Source: Amoebophrya sp. A120
Lineage: Eukaryota; Protista; Dinoflagellata
Assembly: GCA_905178155.1 (NCBI GenBank)
Contig: CAJINV010000001.1
Coordinates: 6,109,860 to 6,173,859 of the forward strand
Direction of reading: 5' to 3'
Length of the DNA stretch: 64,000 nt
The notes beneath the pieces were generated by a model. The model was not told the origin of the DNA, made no database searches, and saw only the letters and a program-made list of their open reading frames with translations. Made by a program: the position numbers and the translations under genes. How positions within the stretch are numbered: position 1 is the stretch's first letter; each line of letters starts with the position of its first letter. Shown piece after piece: positions 11,946 to 23,900 of the stretch.

Positions 11946-14705
11946 ATGGTAAGTCCCGCGGCACAGTACCAAGTCGGGGAGAGCGTGGACGTGTGGAGCA
12001 ATTCGAAAAACGCGTACCTTCGTGGTTTTGTTCGACAGGTAGTTCTGGATGCGGACGGAACGGTGGACCGGGGCGAGCGCGTGCCGCCCGGATCGGTCTT
12101 CGTGGAGTACGCAGGAATCGCAAAATGGATCATGGAGCGAGACATCGAGCGCCTATTGCAGAAGGTCGACGAAAAAGCCGCCCCCTCGAACCGACCGCCG
12201 GCAAAGCGAGACAGCGCTGCAGTACGCTTAGTTCCTTGATGATTCATTTTGCATCCAAGATAGACAGTATCAGCTGTTGTCTTCATGATCGCTATTCTTT
12301 TTCTGCTTGCTAGCGATTTTCATTCTGTTGCAATATGCTTGCGAGCACGAGCTATCGGTTAAAATTCTACAGGAGCGGCGTGGCAGCAACCCTCAACAGT
12401 TGGCGCAGCGTCTCTCCGTCCAGAACGAGCCCCCGATGTTGTGCAAGTGGGGGTGTGGGCACCAGGTGCAGCCTGGGTTGACGCGAAACCTGAACCCGTA
12501 CGACACCTGCTGCAAAAAGTGCGGCACGACGAAGGGACAGGGCGGGCACGACCCAAATTGCCCCGGCCCGCCGGTCGACGACAGAACTCCTAAGGGAAAC
12601 AACAGGCGAAAGAGTGTGCAACCCGCGCAGCCCATCGCGGACCAAGACGAGTTTCCGGGCGTTTCGAGCTTTTCCGTCCCCGAGATCTTTTCGTTGGTAA
12701 AGTCCACGCAGGATTTACAAGGACTAGTGCGAGACCATATCCGGGAATTCGGCGGCAGGGACAGTTTGAACAGAAACCAGCTGACAAAAAGCTACAAGCT
12801 CTTCTGCCATCAGGCCCTGGTCGACGACGATTTCCAACAGCACTGGAAACGGCACATGGGCTCTGCCTCCTCCGAAGGGGGGATTGGCTCCGCAGATTTA
12901 TTGAAGTTCTACCGGTCGGTGGCGCAGGAGAATTTGCAACAGAATCTGAAACCCGAGAAACTGGAAATCCAGCGAAAAATGCTGATTCGGCAAAACCCGG
13001 GGCAGCTCGAGCAATTCTACAGCGTCGGCAAAAAGCTGGGCGAAGGGAGCTTCGGATCCGTGCATCTGGTCCAACCAAGGAGCGGAACGTCTAGAGATAA
13101 TAATAATTCTCCCTCCCCCACAAATAAAGGCAAAGGACGGAAATCGGATCCGGACGGCTCAACCACGACGCAAATGCGGGTTTGCAAGTCCATAAAGCTG
13201 GACGGATTCAACGAGGGATCCACACTAAACGACTTGATTGAGGAAATCAACATTATGGCAGAGCTCGACCACCCAAATGTTATCAAGGTCTTCGAGTACT
13301 TTCGGGGAAAAAAGCAGCTGGACGTGATTATGGAGCTGTGTGAGGGAGGGGAGCTCTGGGATCGATTCAAGCGCTACGAGAAGAGCGACGCGGTAACAAA
13401 AGAGCGGTGGGTCTACGCAACGGTGCTGCAGATTTTACGCGCACTGGCCTTCATGCACGACACCGTCCGGATTGCGCATAAAGGTATAACTGTAAACATG
13501 AAGATTACTTTGCCTTCTGGCTCGCACCACAGTCACAGTCTTTTCTTCCGATTCTCCAAACCACATCGACTCACGAAAGTTTTGTCAGCAAGAAAATGTG
13601 CAAACGAAACAAAAAGATGCTGAAGCAAATGGTTTTCGATCAAGGCAAATAAATCAAAAATAGAAATCCCCAAAACTATCAACTCGCTGCAGATCTTAAA
13701 CCGGAGAACGTGCTGCTCGTTTCCCCGGATAGCGACACCCTGAAAATCATCGATTTCGGTCTTGCCGAAAAGTTCCAAAAGGGGCAAAACGTGAGTGACC
13801 TGCAGTGCGGCACGCCGCTCTTTTCCGCGCCCGAGATTCTTCGGCAACAACCCTTCGACTTCAAGGTCGACGTTTGGAGTTGTGGGGTTCTCATGTACCA
13901 CATGCTGGAAAACACCGGTCCGTTTCCGGCGCAAACCATGGAGCAACTGAAGAAAATGGTGTGCACCAACGCGTATAAGATCCCCAATCCGACCAGAAAA
14001 ACGCCTGGCATCCCGCCCGACTGCGTCGATTGCTGTCTCCGGATGATGTGCAAGAATGCCACGGACCGGCCGAAGGCCAGCGAAGTTTTTCAGCATCCGT
14101 GGATGACGCGGATGCAAGCAGAGTGCGCCGGGGACGTGAAGCTGTCGCCGGGGGTGTGCCAGATTCTCGAGAACTTCCACAACCAGAGCGAGATCAAAAA
14201 GGCAATTTACCTGTACATAGCCTACTTCTCCAACATGAGCAACAAACACGCGGAACCCGTGCGCGTGCTGTTCTCCCACCTGGACAAACTCAACACCGGG
14301 CGGATCGCCCAGGCGGACATCAAGGACACGCTGATGCGGGCGGGGTTCGAATCCCGCGCGCACGCCGGCGCCATTGCCTACTCCCTCTGCCGGAGGAAAA
14401 ACAGCGCCGGGGTCGGGTACACGGAGTTTCTGGCCGCGGTGTGCAGTATTCGGATCTCGACGAAGCACCACGAACTCATCCGACAGGCTTTTAACGCCTT
14501 CGACCGGAGGAGAAAAGGGAACTTGGAGATCGAGGACCTCGTCGCGCTGCTGAACCACGACAAGAATCAGGACCAGGTTGCGCAGGCGATCCGCCAGGAA
14601 TTTTTCCAGAACGGAAACAATGTCCTCAGCTACGACGACTTTTTCACAAAGATGCGCCAGGTAGGCGCCACAAGTGCGGGAGACCAGTTGAAGGCTGTAC
14701 ATTGA
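11946..14705 (+). CDS. Calcium-dependent protein kinase-like Ser/Thr kinase with N-terminal extension and C-terminal EF-hands; introns 12222-12372 and 13484-13692
   Basis: GEGSFGSV, VCK, ELDHPNVIKVFE, IAHK|DLKPEN (rebuilt across the intron), DFG, APE, DVWSCG. EF-hand loops DKLNTGRIAQAD and DRRRKGNLEIED. Confidence 0.88.
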
Positions 14706-15562
14706 TTCAATAAGTGCACTAGTACAACGACAACTAACATGAAGACGAGGACTTACGCTTTTTGCATGTATAAGCATGATGCTGTCATTCATCTTTTTGG
14801 ATTGGCTTTGACACTTCATAATCGCATTTTCGCCGCGCATATTCTCCCCGTTCAAGTTCAACACACACCAGTTAAACGCAATCATAAGCGAACTCTTGGG
14901 CCCCGTGGCCTCTGTGGAATCGTGCGTAGCGTGCAAGAAAACATCTAGAAGATTATGTTCCGTGCTGGTACGCATCCATCATCGTGAACGATGACAATCA
15001 CCTGGACAGAAACGAAGCACTGAGTACTAACAATAGTCAACAGAATCGGTTGCGAATCGCGTGCAAATGTCTCGGTGACTGTGAATGCATTTCTTGTCAT
15101 TCTCATTCATTGTCGTGACACTTTTTCGGTAGCTTTTGTACTTATTTGCATCGTGATCAAGCCAACAACAGGAACAGCGTGCTCGGTACGTGCATTCTCA
15201 TGAAGATTTTGATTCGGCAAACAAAAGACTATCGGTCATCGTACGGCGCTCCTTCTACCGCTCTTTCGTTCACCATATGTACACGTACACTTCCTAAGTA
15301 CATCGTTTCCGTCGTTTCGTGCTTAGACAGTTTTCGTCCATTGAAACTCAGCACCAAATTTTCTTAACTGATCATCACAGGCCTCAATTTTCACACGACA
15401 GTCTTCAAAAAAAACCCTGTGCGTTTGCCCTCCTCTTTGGAGCCGCGCCTTCTGTGTTTGCAAAAACTTTTACGCGTAGTTCAAACACACTACATACAAC
15501 TCTCACGACCTTGTTTCTCGAGAGCTTCCTCTTTCGAAGAACTCACCAGCAGCATCTTCAAA

Positions 15563-16747
15563 ATGGCGCCGCGTGGAAGGACACCCGCGAAGAGCATGAA
15601 GAAGTTCAACCCGCTTACCATGTACCCGCCCAAGTCGTACGCAGCGACGGTCCGGATTTTCTGCGGTAAGTACGCCTACCGGGCGGCCTGCGTCTGCATT
15701 TGGGGGACGCACTTCCCCTTGGCCCTGTACCTGCTGTACGGCGTCTTTGTCAGCAAGGACCTCAACCCCCTGCCTGACCTCCTGGAGGGCTGCCTCATGC
15801 TGGGCATCGCCGTCGCCACGTTGTCCGCACACATCATGAGTATACTGTTTTTTTAGTAGGAGGAGGAGATATACATGTTCATCTTCATCATGATATGCAA
15901 TAGTACCTGTCGAACTCGAGTTCTTTAAGAAGTTCTGCCTTGTCGTTTCTGTATTCGGGTATTGAAAGTGAGGGCTATGAGCCCGTGCATCCTTTACCTT
16001 GGTCGCGTCTAAAGTGTGACGAAAACAAACTCAGACACCATGCGAGCGGGGAAGCATGTCGCGTGCCTGACCGGGATGGTCTACCACTTCATCACCGCCT
16101 CCGCGTGCACCTCCTTCCGACTGAAGCGGGCGGTATCGCAAGAAAAAAGTGTTACAGTTACACATAGTGTTGCAGGCATAGCAAGACAGACAAGGTCTGT
16201 CATGCCGGATATGCATAGGGGCGTTGTTTCATATGTGTTTTCCCGTAGGATTTCTGCAATGCAAGTTTTCTCTCTCATGCAGAGAAATTTGTGTTGCTGA
16301 ATTGACAACAAATGTGTGACTGTAACACTTTTTTCGTGTGATAGGCGGACCAGTTTACCTATTGCCGCGCCATCGACGCCCGGATCATCAACTCGTTGGG
16401 CATGTACGACTACTTGCAAGGTACGACTATACTTGGCTTTATTGCATAGTTCAGAACGTGAACGAATGACAGTTAGACAAGGAGTTTTTCTTTATCAGCA
16501 CAAAAATAAAAAAAGCTCGTCGGGGTTCATCGCGATCTTTAAATTCCTAACCGTGTCAACCAAATTTTGATTTATGCAAAACTTCTTTGTGTCCTCCTCC
16601 TCGTACGGTATAAAAACTAATAAACAAACTGCAGGTGACGGCGGTCTCATTGCGTTGTTCAAAATGTTCACGTGCGTCATGTTGGCCGTCTCGATGTACA
16701 ACGCCGGCGGACCGGGCATGCAGAAGTTTCTGAACAACTCGATTTAA
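15563..16747 (+). CDS. Small multi-pass membrane protein, unknown function; introns 15840-16034, about 16133-16344 (introner) and 16421-16634
   Basis: GC-rich exons with hydrophobic segments join in frame: AHIM|NTMRAG...KRA|(A)DQFTY...YLQ|GDGGLI...NNSI*. Confidence 0.7.
16134..16343. mobile_element. Introner/MITE family A, copy 1 (210 nt, direct repeat GGCGG)
   Basis: TIR tatcgcaagaaaaaagtgttacagttacacat / atgtgtgactgtaacacttttttcgtgtgata. GGCGG at 16129-16133 and 16344-16348. Homologous along its length to 42178-42387. Confidence 0.93.
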
Positions 16748-17740
16748 GCACGGACAACAAACCTTGTGCTTCCGGAAGATGGACTTTTGGTAACACTAAC
16801 AACCAACTGCAAATGCCCATTCTACGAAATTTGAAGCTCTATCCTGTTTTAGCAGGTAGAGCACAGCTTCTATACCGGGCCTCCCGCCTGGGGTTGTAAG
16901 ATTGCTATGTACACTACTCTTCCATAGTACCAAAAAAGCTAGAGCTGCATCTTCATCCTTTTTGAGCCTAACAGTCAGTACCCTTTTCTTGCTCCTGTTG
17001 ACAAATCCGCATACCCTTTTTGACTATTATTCAACATGACTATTCCACGCACGATAGTTTGTCTCCGAGTCAGCCTTCTTGTACCATAAGTATAAATCTT
17101 CACTGCAGCGCTCATGATTTTGATTCCTCACTGCTTTTTCGTGTTTTGCGCATTTGTCAGTTTGCCTCTATGTAGTTGTCCTCTTCATGATGATAATAAA
17201 TAGGTTCCACCTATCGCTTGTACTTGTTGTAGGTAAGCGACAGACAACCGTGTAGTCGAAAGGCAATGGTTCGATCAAGCGAAAACGGATTTGACAGCAT
17301 CTTCAAGGCGACTGCAGGCTTGATTAAGTTGAAATTTGATCGTCTCATTGGTGTTGGTCGTCCTTAGCATCCGAGGAACAGGCTTGCATTGTCGTTAGAC
17401 TCGAAACGCATTTTGTGTTCATTTTATCGTTCGTCAGCCCGTGAGACGATGAGGGGCGATCGTCCGTGGTTCTTGGAGTGGAGCGCACCAGCAGCTGAGC
17501 GACGAGCGTTCGTGGCGTGTTTCTTCGACTAAATTCCACATGTACATTCGGATTCGCTGCGTCTCTACGGTGGGCAGCAAATGGAGCCGGCAGCCAAGAG
17601 CTCTTACGAACTACAGGTGTTGATGAACATGCGAAGATCTTGCGCCCTTGACGACTTGTGTAGTTACCCTTGAGAGAAAGAAGAGCCAGGGTGTCAAGAT
17701 ACAATCTTCTAAGTACGGCGGCCAAGAAGTGAGGAACAGA

Positions 17741-19632
17741 ATGCAGGTTCCCTCCGGGCCAGGCAAGTCACTTTCGCCGCCCATGCTGCAGGTTCCGGGC
17801 GAGAACGGGCCGAACCCCTTTGGGCAGTTTCGGCTCGGGAACCCAGCGGCACCGCCCGCGGGTCCGGCCCCGGTGGACCGGCAAAGAGCCCTGGCCATGC
17901 AGCAGCAATCGCAAAACCTCGCAGCCGTGATGTCGGGCGGCGGCGGCAGTGCCGCTAGCACAGCGGCATTTGTCAGTCACCACCAACCCCAGATGGTGCA
18001 GCACCTACCGCACACAGCCGGGGCGGTTTTGCAGCATCCGTCCGCCGCTGCCGCACAGCTCGCAGGTGCGGCTAACGGCGCAACAGTACTTATTTCTTCT
18101 TCTTGTCTCCTTCACGGCCGCCGGCGCTGACTTTGAATTGATGATGGCGCAGGATAGTGATAATCCCGTCTTAATTCCAATTGATTTGCAAATGAATGAA
18201 AATCGGCTGAAAATATGTGAACAAATTGAGATTTTGAGTGCAAACAAACTCTACGTTTACGTACAGGTCCTCGCAGCCACGAAGCAGCATGGGTGGCGGC
18301 AGCTTACGGACGGTTTGCGAGAACTCCTGCAGCAGAAGATCGGCTTTCACACCCAGATGCAGAGTTTCGCGCAGGCCTCGGCTGACGAGCTACAAAAAAA
18401 TGCCACGACGCTAGACAAACTGGAGTCCATGCTAGTCCAGTTACAAAACGCACCACCGCCGACCGTCAGTGCTCCAGCTGGAGCGGTTTCGCAGCAAAAG
18501 GTAAAAATGTGTGGATGAATGTTTCTGAAGTTGTGCATGAAAGTGCTTTCACCAGAATGAGCTTCTGTTTGAAGCCCATTATCCCGTACAACTGCTTTGT
18601 TCTGGGCTTGCGTGTGCCTTTTCCAAACATGATTTTCACGTGGAAACAGGTTGTCGCGGCTACAGGGCAAGTGCCTCCATTTTTTTGGCAACCGAGCCAC
18701 GACTACGAGAACGAATTTGCTGTGTCGGGAGACAATCTAGAGGTGGTGACAAAGGTTCGAGATTTTGAAGATCGAGGGTGGGTCATTCCGGTATTTGCGC
18801 TTTTGTGAGCGTCGTGGTCGTGTTTGCCTTTGCATAGTCGTAGCCTGTGCTTGGAGATAAACTCTGTCGCGCTCTTTCGTTTTTTTTTCAGATGTGAACT
18901 TTTGATGTGTAGTAGTACTAGTCTCCTCGAACACAAGACAGCCAACACTTGCAGGTCGCGGGTAGTCTGCGCATGGTCCGGGGTGCGATCTACCGGTGGT
19001 CAATGTGCATTTCGAAGAAGTGCCAGCACCGACCACAAATGCAGTTCGGCATCCACGGAGAGAACCACGAGAAGCCGTGGCGGCTGGTAACCACTAGTAG
19101 GTGCTCGCGTTCGAGGGACGATGACCCGTGGCAAGATCGCCCCGCGGGGGACAGGCTGATAGGTATAAACTGTTTGTGTTGTTGTATTGAACGCCAGCTT
19201 GCTGCCATAAGCATAACAACGAATTTTCGCCATGCATTTGTTTCCTGTACCTGTAGTACAGCAAAGACAGACGCCGATACAAATAATTGGAAGAAATTTC
19301 GCAAAATTTTCACAGAGGAAGGCGACTACATCCACGTTGTCGTTGACTTGCGTGGGTTCGATAGCGAGTTCGGTACTTTCTCTTATGCGGTGAACGATGG
19401 GCCAATGGAGATGGTGTTTGAAGATTTGCCCCTTTTGACTCCAGACGGCAAACTTGTGTCCCTCATGCCGGTTGTGTCCATGGGCGGCGACCAGTGCGCA
19501 GTGAAACTCAGCGCATCTGCCTTCGGCTCAGCAAGTGCTGCTGGAACCACGACTGCAAATGGTGGACCTGCGGACAGTGGTGCTGTCGGGAGCGCCGGAG
19601 GTGCGGCGAAGGGAGGAAAGAGTGGGAAATAA
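17741..19632 (+). CDS. SPRY/B30.2-like domain protein; introns 18086-18266, 18501-18649, 18791-18954 and 19163-19315
   Basis: All four GT-AG introns keep frame. C-terminus GDYIHVVVDL...GTFSYAVND...VFEDLP...LMPVVSM has the SPRY beta-sandwich pattern. Short coiled coil upstream. Confidence 0.7.
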
Positions 19633-20948
19633 GTTTGAGGCTTCTGACGAATTCATCGAGCGCGTTTCTGTAGTGTCTAAACAATCAATCAGCAAAAAAC
19701 GTGACCTAATAAACCCAATAGACTAATATTTCAGCGATACAGGATTTGTGTGTTGGTCAAACAACTCGCTGTTCCTCTTGTACAAAACTACTTACCAGGT
19801 ATTGACCAACCACCTGTCATCGCATGATTTTTCAGAAACAAATTTGATAATATGTTACGAGAAAACAAGTAGATCTGCTTCTGCAGAATATCCTGCGTGT
19901 AAGGTAAAATATAGTTGGGTTTTGCAAGCACAAAAAGCTGCACAGAATAACATCCAGAAAATCAAGATTCAAGATTGCGACCCCTTTGTACAGATTTTAG
20001 CTTGTTTTTTACCCTTTCGTCCGCACAATAAACCCGTCCTAAAAACACGTAGACCCTCGACGCAGCACAAGTTTCAAGTAGCTTCAACATTCCCACACCA
20101 TGCGCATCCGACCTATCGCCATTCATTGCGCATTCTGTGACAGGCATTGATCGTTGTATGTGTTCGACGGCTGTGAGTTTTCATCTCTCTCCCCATTCTC
20201 TCACAAAGTGGCTCTGGTTTTCGCTTTGCGTAGCGTAGCGCCCCCAGCGGTTTGCAAAGATCTGACTGCATCACGATGGTGCCCGAAAGACAAAAAAGGC
20301 CGATACGTCGCGACGATGGTGCAAAAATACTTGGTTTGATGTTGACTCACTGTCCCGATTTGCTGACGTCGAAGATCATGGTCTAGCGAATGGTAAAGAA
20401 GCGGTCTTTTCGTTCTCATCTTGGCAACTTCTCAAAAGCTCAAGTTCAACGCCGTTTGAAGATCCATTTTGTTTCTTCGTGTTTTTCTCTGAGTTGTATC
20501 TTGCACGAGGACGATGGACATGGATCGCATTCTTTCGATTTTTTCAGAACAACAGCAACGGAGGTGGATGTGACAGCACTAGCACATCCATTCCTGGAAG
20601 ATTTCGAAGCATGTTGCTAGGTCTTCGTTCAAGTCGCGAACCAAGAAGCAGAAGCTTTGCGCAATAACAAAACATACAATATCTCGCGATGCGAACGTTG
20701 TGATAGCGGAACAAGCATCACGTTGAGCGCTCATCTTCAGAAATTGTTTCTCAAGAAGAACTGCCACTGCCTAGTCTGCAGATGTTGAGGCAACTTACGT
20801 AGGACGATAAAACAAACACCAAAACGAAGAATGGAGTAAATTGTCCAACGGTAACAGTTTTCAGTTTCTGAAGTACCACGGCACACCAGACAATTTCAGT
20901 GAAGTTTTGGCATTGATAAGAGTTCTATAAACAAGATCTGGCGTCAAC

Positions 20949-23900
20949 ATGACCGCAGGCAGTGACGCACAAGCTCCGGCGACCGCGTCCGCTGTGACTT
21001 GTGGCGTACCTTCGTGTTTTTCCGAGTGGAACAAACAGAATCATAGTTCGAAACAGGACCGGGAGTTTTTTGCTGCTGTTAGGGAGTTGCAGAAGGAGAA
21101 ACACCTCGACAAGAACCACAAGATGGGTGATCTCGAACAGCAAAAGGAGGAAATGCAGAGGCGCAGCATGAACAAGATTATTTACCGCAGCATGAACCGA
21201 ATCAAGAAGAAGAAGAAAAATCCGACTCTGAAGAATGCCAAGGTCAACAATTGTTCTGCTAAGTTGACAAACGCCGAAGTTGGAATCACTCGCTCCGTGT
21301 CGGAAAACGCCAGCTTCCGCGCGATTTTGCACGATTACTCCGTGAAGAACTTTTCCAATGAGGACTACTGGTTCACCGAAGTCAGCCGAGACAAGGAGGA
21401 AGCGAAACTAGCGAAAAAGCTTTGGAGTGTGCGACGGGCGGCCAAGAAGAAGTTCAGATTTTTGCAGTTTCAGGATTCCGAGTCTGATTCGTTCAGTGAG
21501 GACGAGAATAATTGCACCGACAGCATGAAATTGGAGCGCATCAAGGATAAAAACTATGTCGAAGAAAAAGATACGGGTCGTGAAGAACCTGTCGATCCAG
21601 CAGAACCAAAGTCGCTTGCTGATGCGATTTCGACTGTGGCTCCGGAGGATCGCGAATGGTTTACGGCCAATGCCTACTTGACGGAAGACGAGAAGGTCTT
21701 CCTATCGACCGGGTTGGGCGAGCACTGCATCGCGGCTTTGGAAGAGTTTCTACGCACGCCGAAAGAGTACAAGGAAAAAACGGACAAGCATGATGGCGGG
21801 AACATCAGCGTTTCGAAGTATCGTGAAGGGCCGCGCGATTACACTGGGAGTGGGAGTGCAGCTACCGCAAATTTGGAGGGGTCTGGTGAAAAAGCAGCAG
21901 ATGAAGAGAAGGATCCATGCTCATCTGCCGCGGAAACTACAAGCGACAAGAACCAGGAGAAACAAGACCAGGAAATAAGCGACGATGTCGAGGACAGCGG
22001 CCAGACCACAGATGAAATGAGAACATCTGCCAGTTGTGAGGATGTACATTCATACCCTCTCGTCGCTGCGGGGACCACCGACATTGAACTGGAGTGGAAA
22101 GTAGCAAACTTTGCCCCTCACGAGGCAGTTCTCCGAGTGCAATCGCGGAAATTCGAACTGACGCGGATGCAGGAAATCTATCTGGCTGAGAAGTTCGGAA
22201 AGATCACGACAAAATTCTGCAAATTCTTTCAAGAAAAGGCCATTCCGGTGCAGATTGCGGCGCACTGGCGCGGAGATAAAATTTGGCTGGGGCGTTCGGA
22301 TCTACCGCCGTACTACTGGACCGAGGTCGTGGACAAACCGACTGGCTGGAAAGACTGTCGAAAGGTGTATTTTTGCGACGTCGTTGACAAAAACCACGTG
22401 AAGACGGCAAAAACTGCGGAGGGTGGTAAGGAGGGAGCCGATTTTGTTTTGGATGGTTCAAAGTCAAAGCTGAAGGTGAAGACGAGCAAGAGCCCGTACA
22501 TCGACTTGAAACAGGAGCAGTGGGAAAAGGAGTACGCTGACCCTTGCTATTATCCGGAGAAGAGGCCGTGGCTGCTGTGCAAGCTGTATTGTCAGGACGC
22601 GAACACGTCCCACGCGGTGCGCAAAATTTGTTCGATTCTGAATTTCAACGAATCGAGGTGGCAACGCCGGACTTCGAACTGGGGTGGAACAGCATCTAAG
22701 GGAAAACATAAGAAAAAGAATTACAGATACCTGCAGAAGTGGCTCCCGTACCAGCACGTTATGTGCAGTGCGCTGCTGCCGCGGGCGGGCAAAATTTCGG
22801 AGCAGTTTGTCGCTTTTCGCAACGTATCCGGGCAGCAGATGATCGATTGCGTGCGGGACAGAGACTGGAAGGGTGGTGTGGAGAAGCACAACAAGTTTGC
22901 AATTGAGCCGATCGCCTACAAGACGAAGGAGGCGTTGATCACGAAGTACTTTCCAAGGTACAAAGGACAATTCTCCTCTGAACAGCGGAAGAAGCAAAAA
23001 GCAGCCTTGAAGAAAACTTTCACAAAGTTCCTCGGACGCAAGGCGCGGTTCGTGAAATCTTGCCAAAAGCTTGAGCAGTCCGGACAAGAAGGAGAGCCTA
23101 AGGGAGATGGCTTCTCCAATCTCTACAAAGTGAAGTTCAAGAAAATTCTCTTCAGATCCAAGAGGAACACGGCGCGGAGTGCGACGGTCAGTGGAAGGGA
23201 TCGCGGACGTTCGAGAAGCAGGCTTTTCGTCGCCGACCCACGCTCCAAAACCACCTCTGACTTAGAGAAGCTGAGGAGGTCGTTGAAAAAAACAGAAAAG
23301 AGACAGCAGAAAAGATTTCTCCGGGCAGAAAAGAGACGCAACAAGAAAGAAGAAACCAAGAAAATGCAACAGTTGCAGGAGACAGAGAGCGGGCGAAATG
23401 ACGAAGAGGTTGGAGTTGCCCAGTTTCAGGACCACGGGAAGCAACGCAAAAGTTCCGAGAATGTCGAAGAGACTGCTCCCGTTGCTGACGCGATGAAGTC
23501 TGCTGTAAAAAGTGAGGACAGAAAAAAAAACACGTCGTCGAAGATAAGAAACAAACGCACCCGCTTCGGCAAAAATAAAAAAAAGAACATCAAGAAGAAA
23601 AAACAGTTCCATCGGGCTGCCGGAGGACAAGCATCTTCTTCGAGATCCGTTGGTGCGCACTTAAGGCATACACTCTTCCTCCGGGATCTTGTCATCACGC
23701 GCACTGGAGAGGAAGACGAAGATGCAGTTGCAGCTGCTCCGCGTGAATCCTTATCCGCCGAGGACATTTTTAAGCCGATCGTGACCTCCAGTACAAGTAC
23801 CAAGGAAGAGAAGCTGCAGGCGCACATCTCGAAGCAGTTCAAGAGGATAAAGGAGATCGGCGTGCCCAACTTCTTCCCGGCGAATCGATTTGCGCCTCAG

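Noticed and set aside
13533-14975. 480-aa minus-strand ORF (likewise 34792-36255, 36722-37534, 48943-49779 and 55615-56427)
   Set aside because: Antisense shadows of GC3-rich plus-strand genes with no recognisable motifs.
19163-19315. Apparent insertion in the SPRY-domain ORF
   Set aside because: Stop-free 153-nt GT-AG intron with AT-rich composition.
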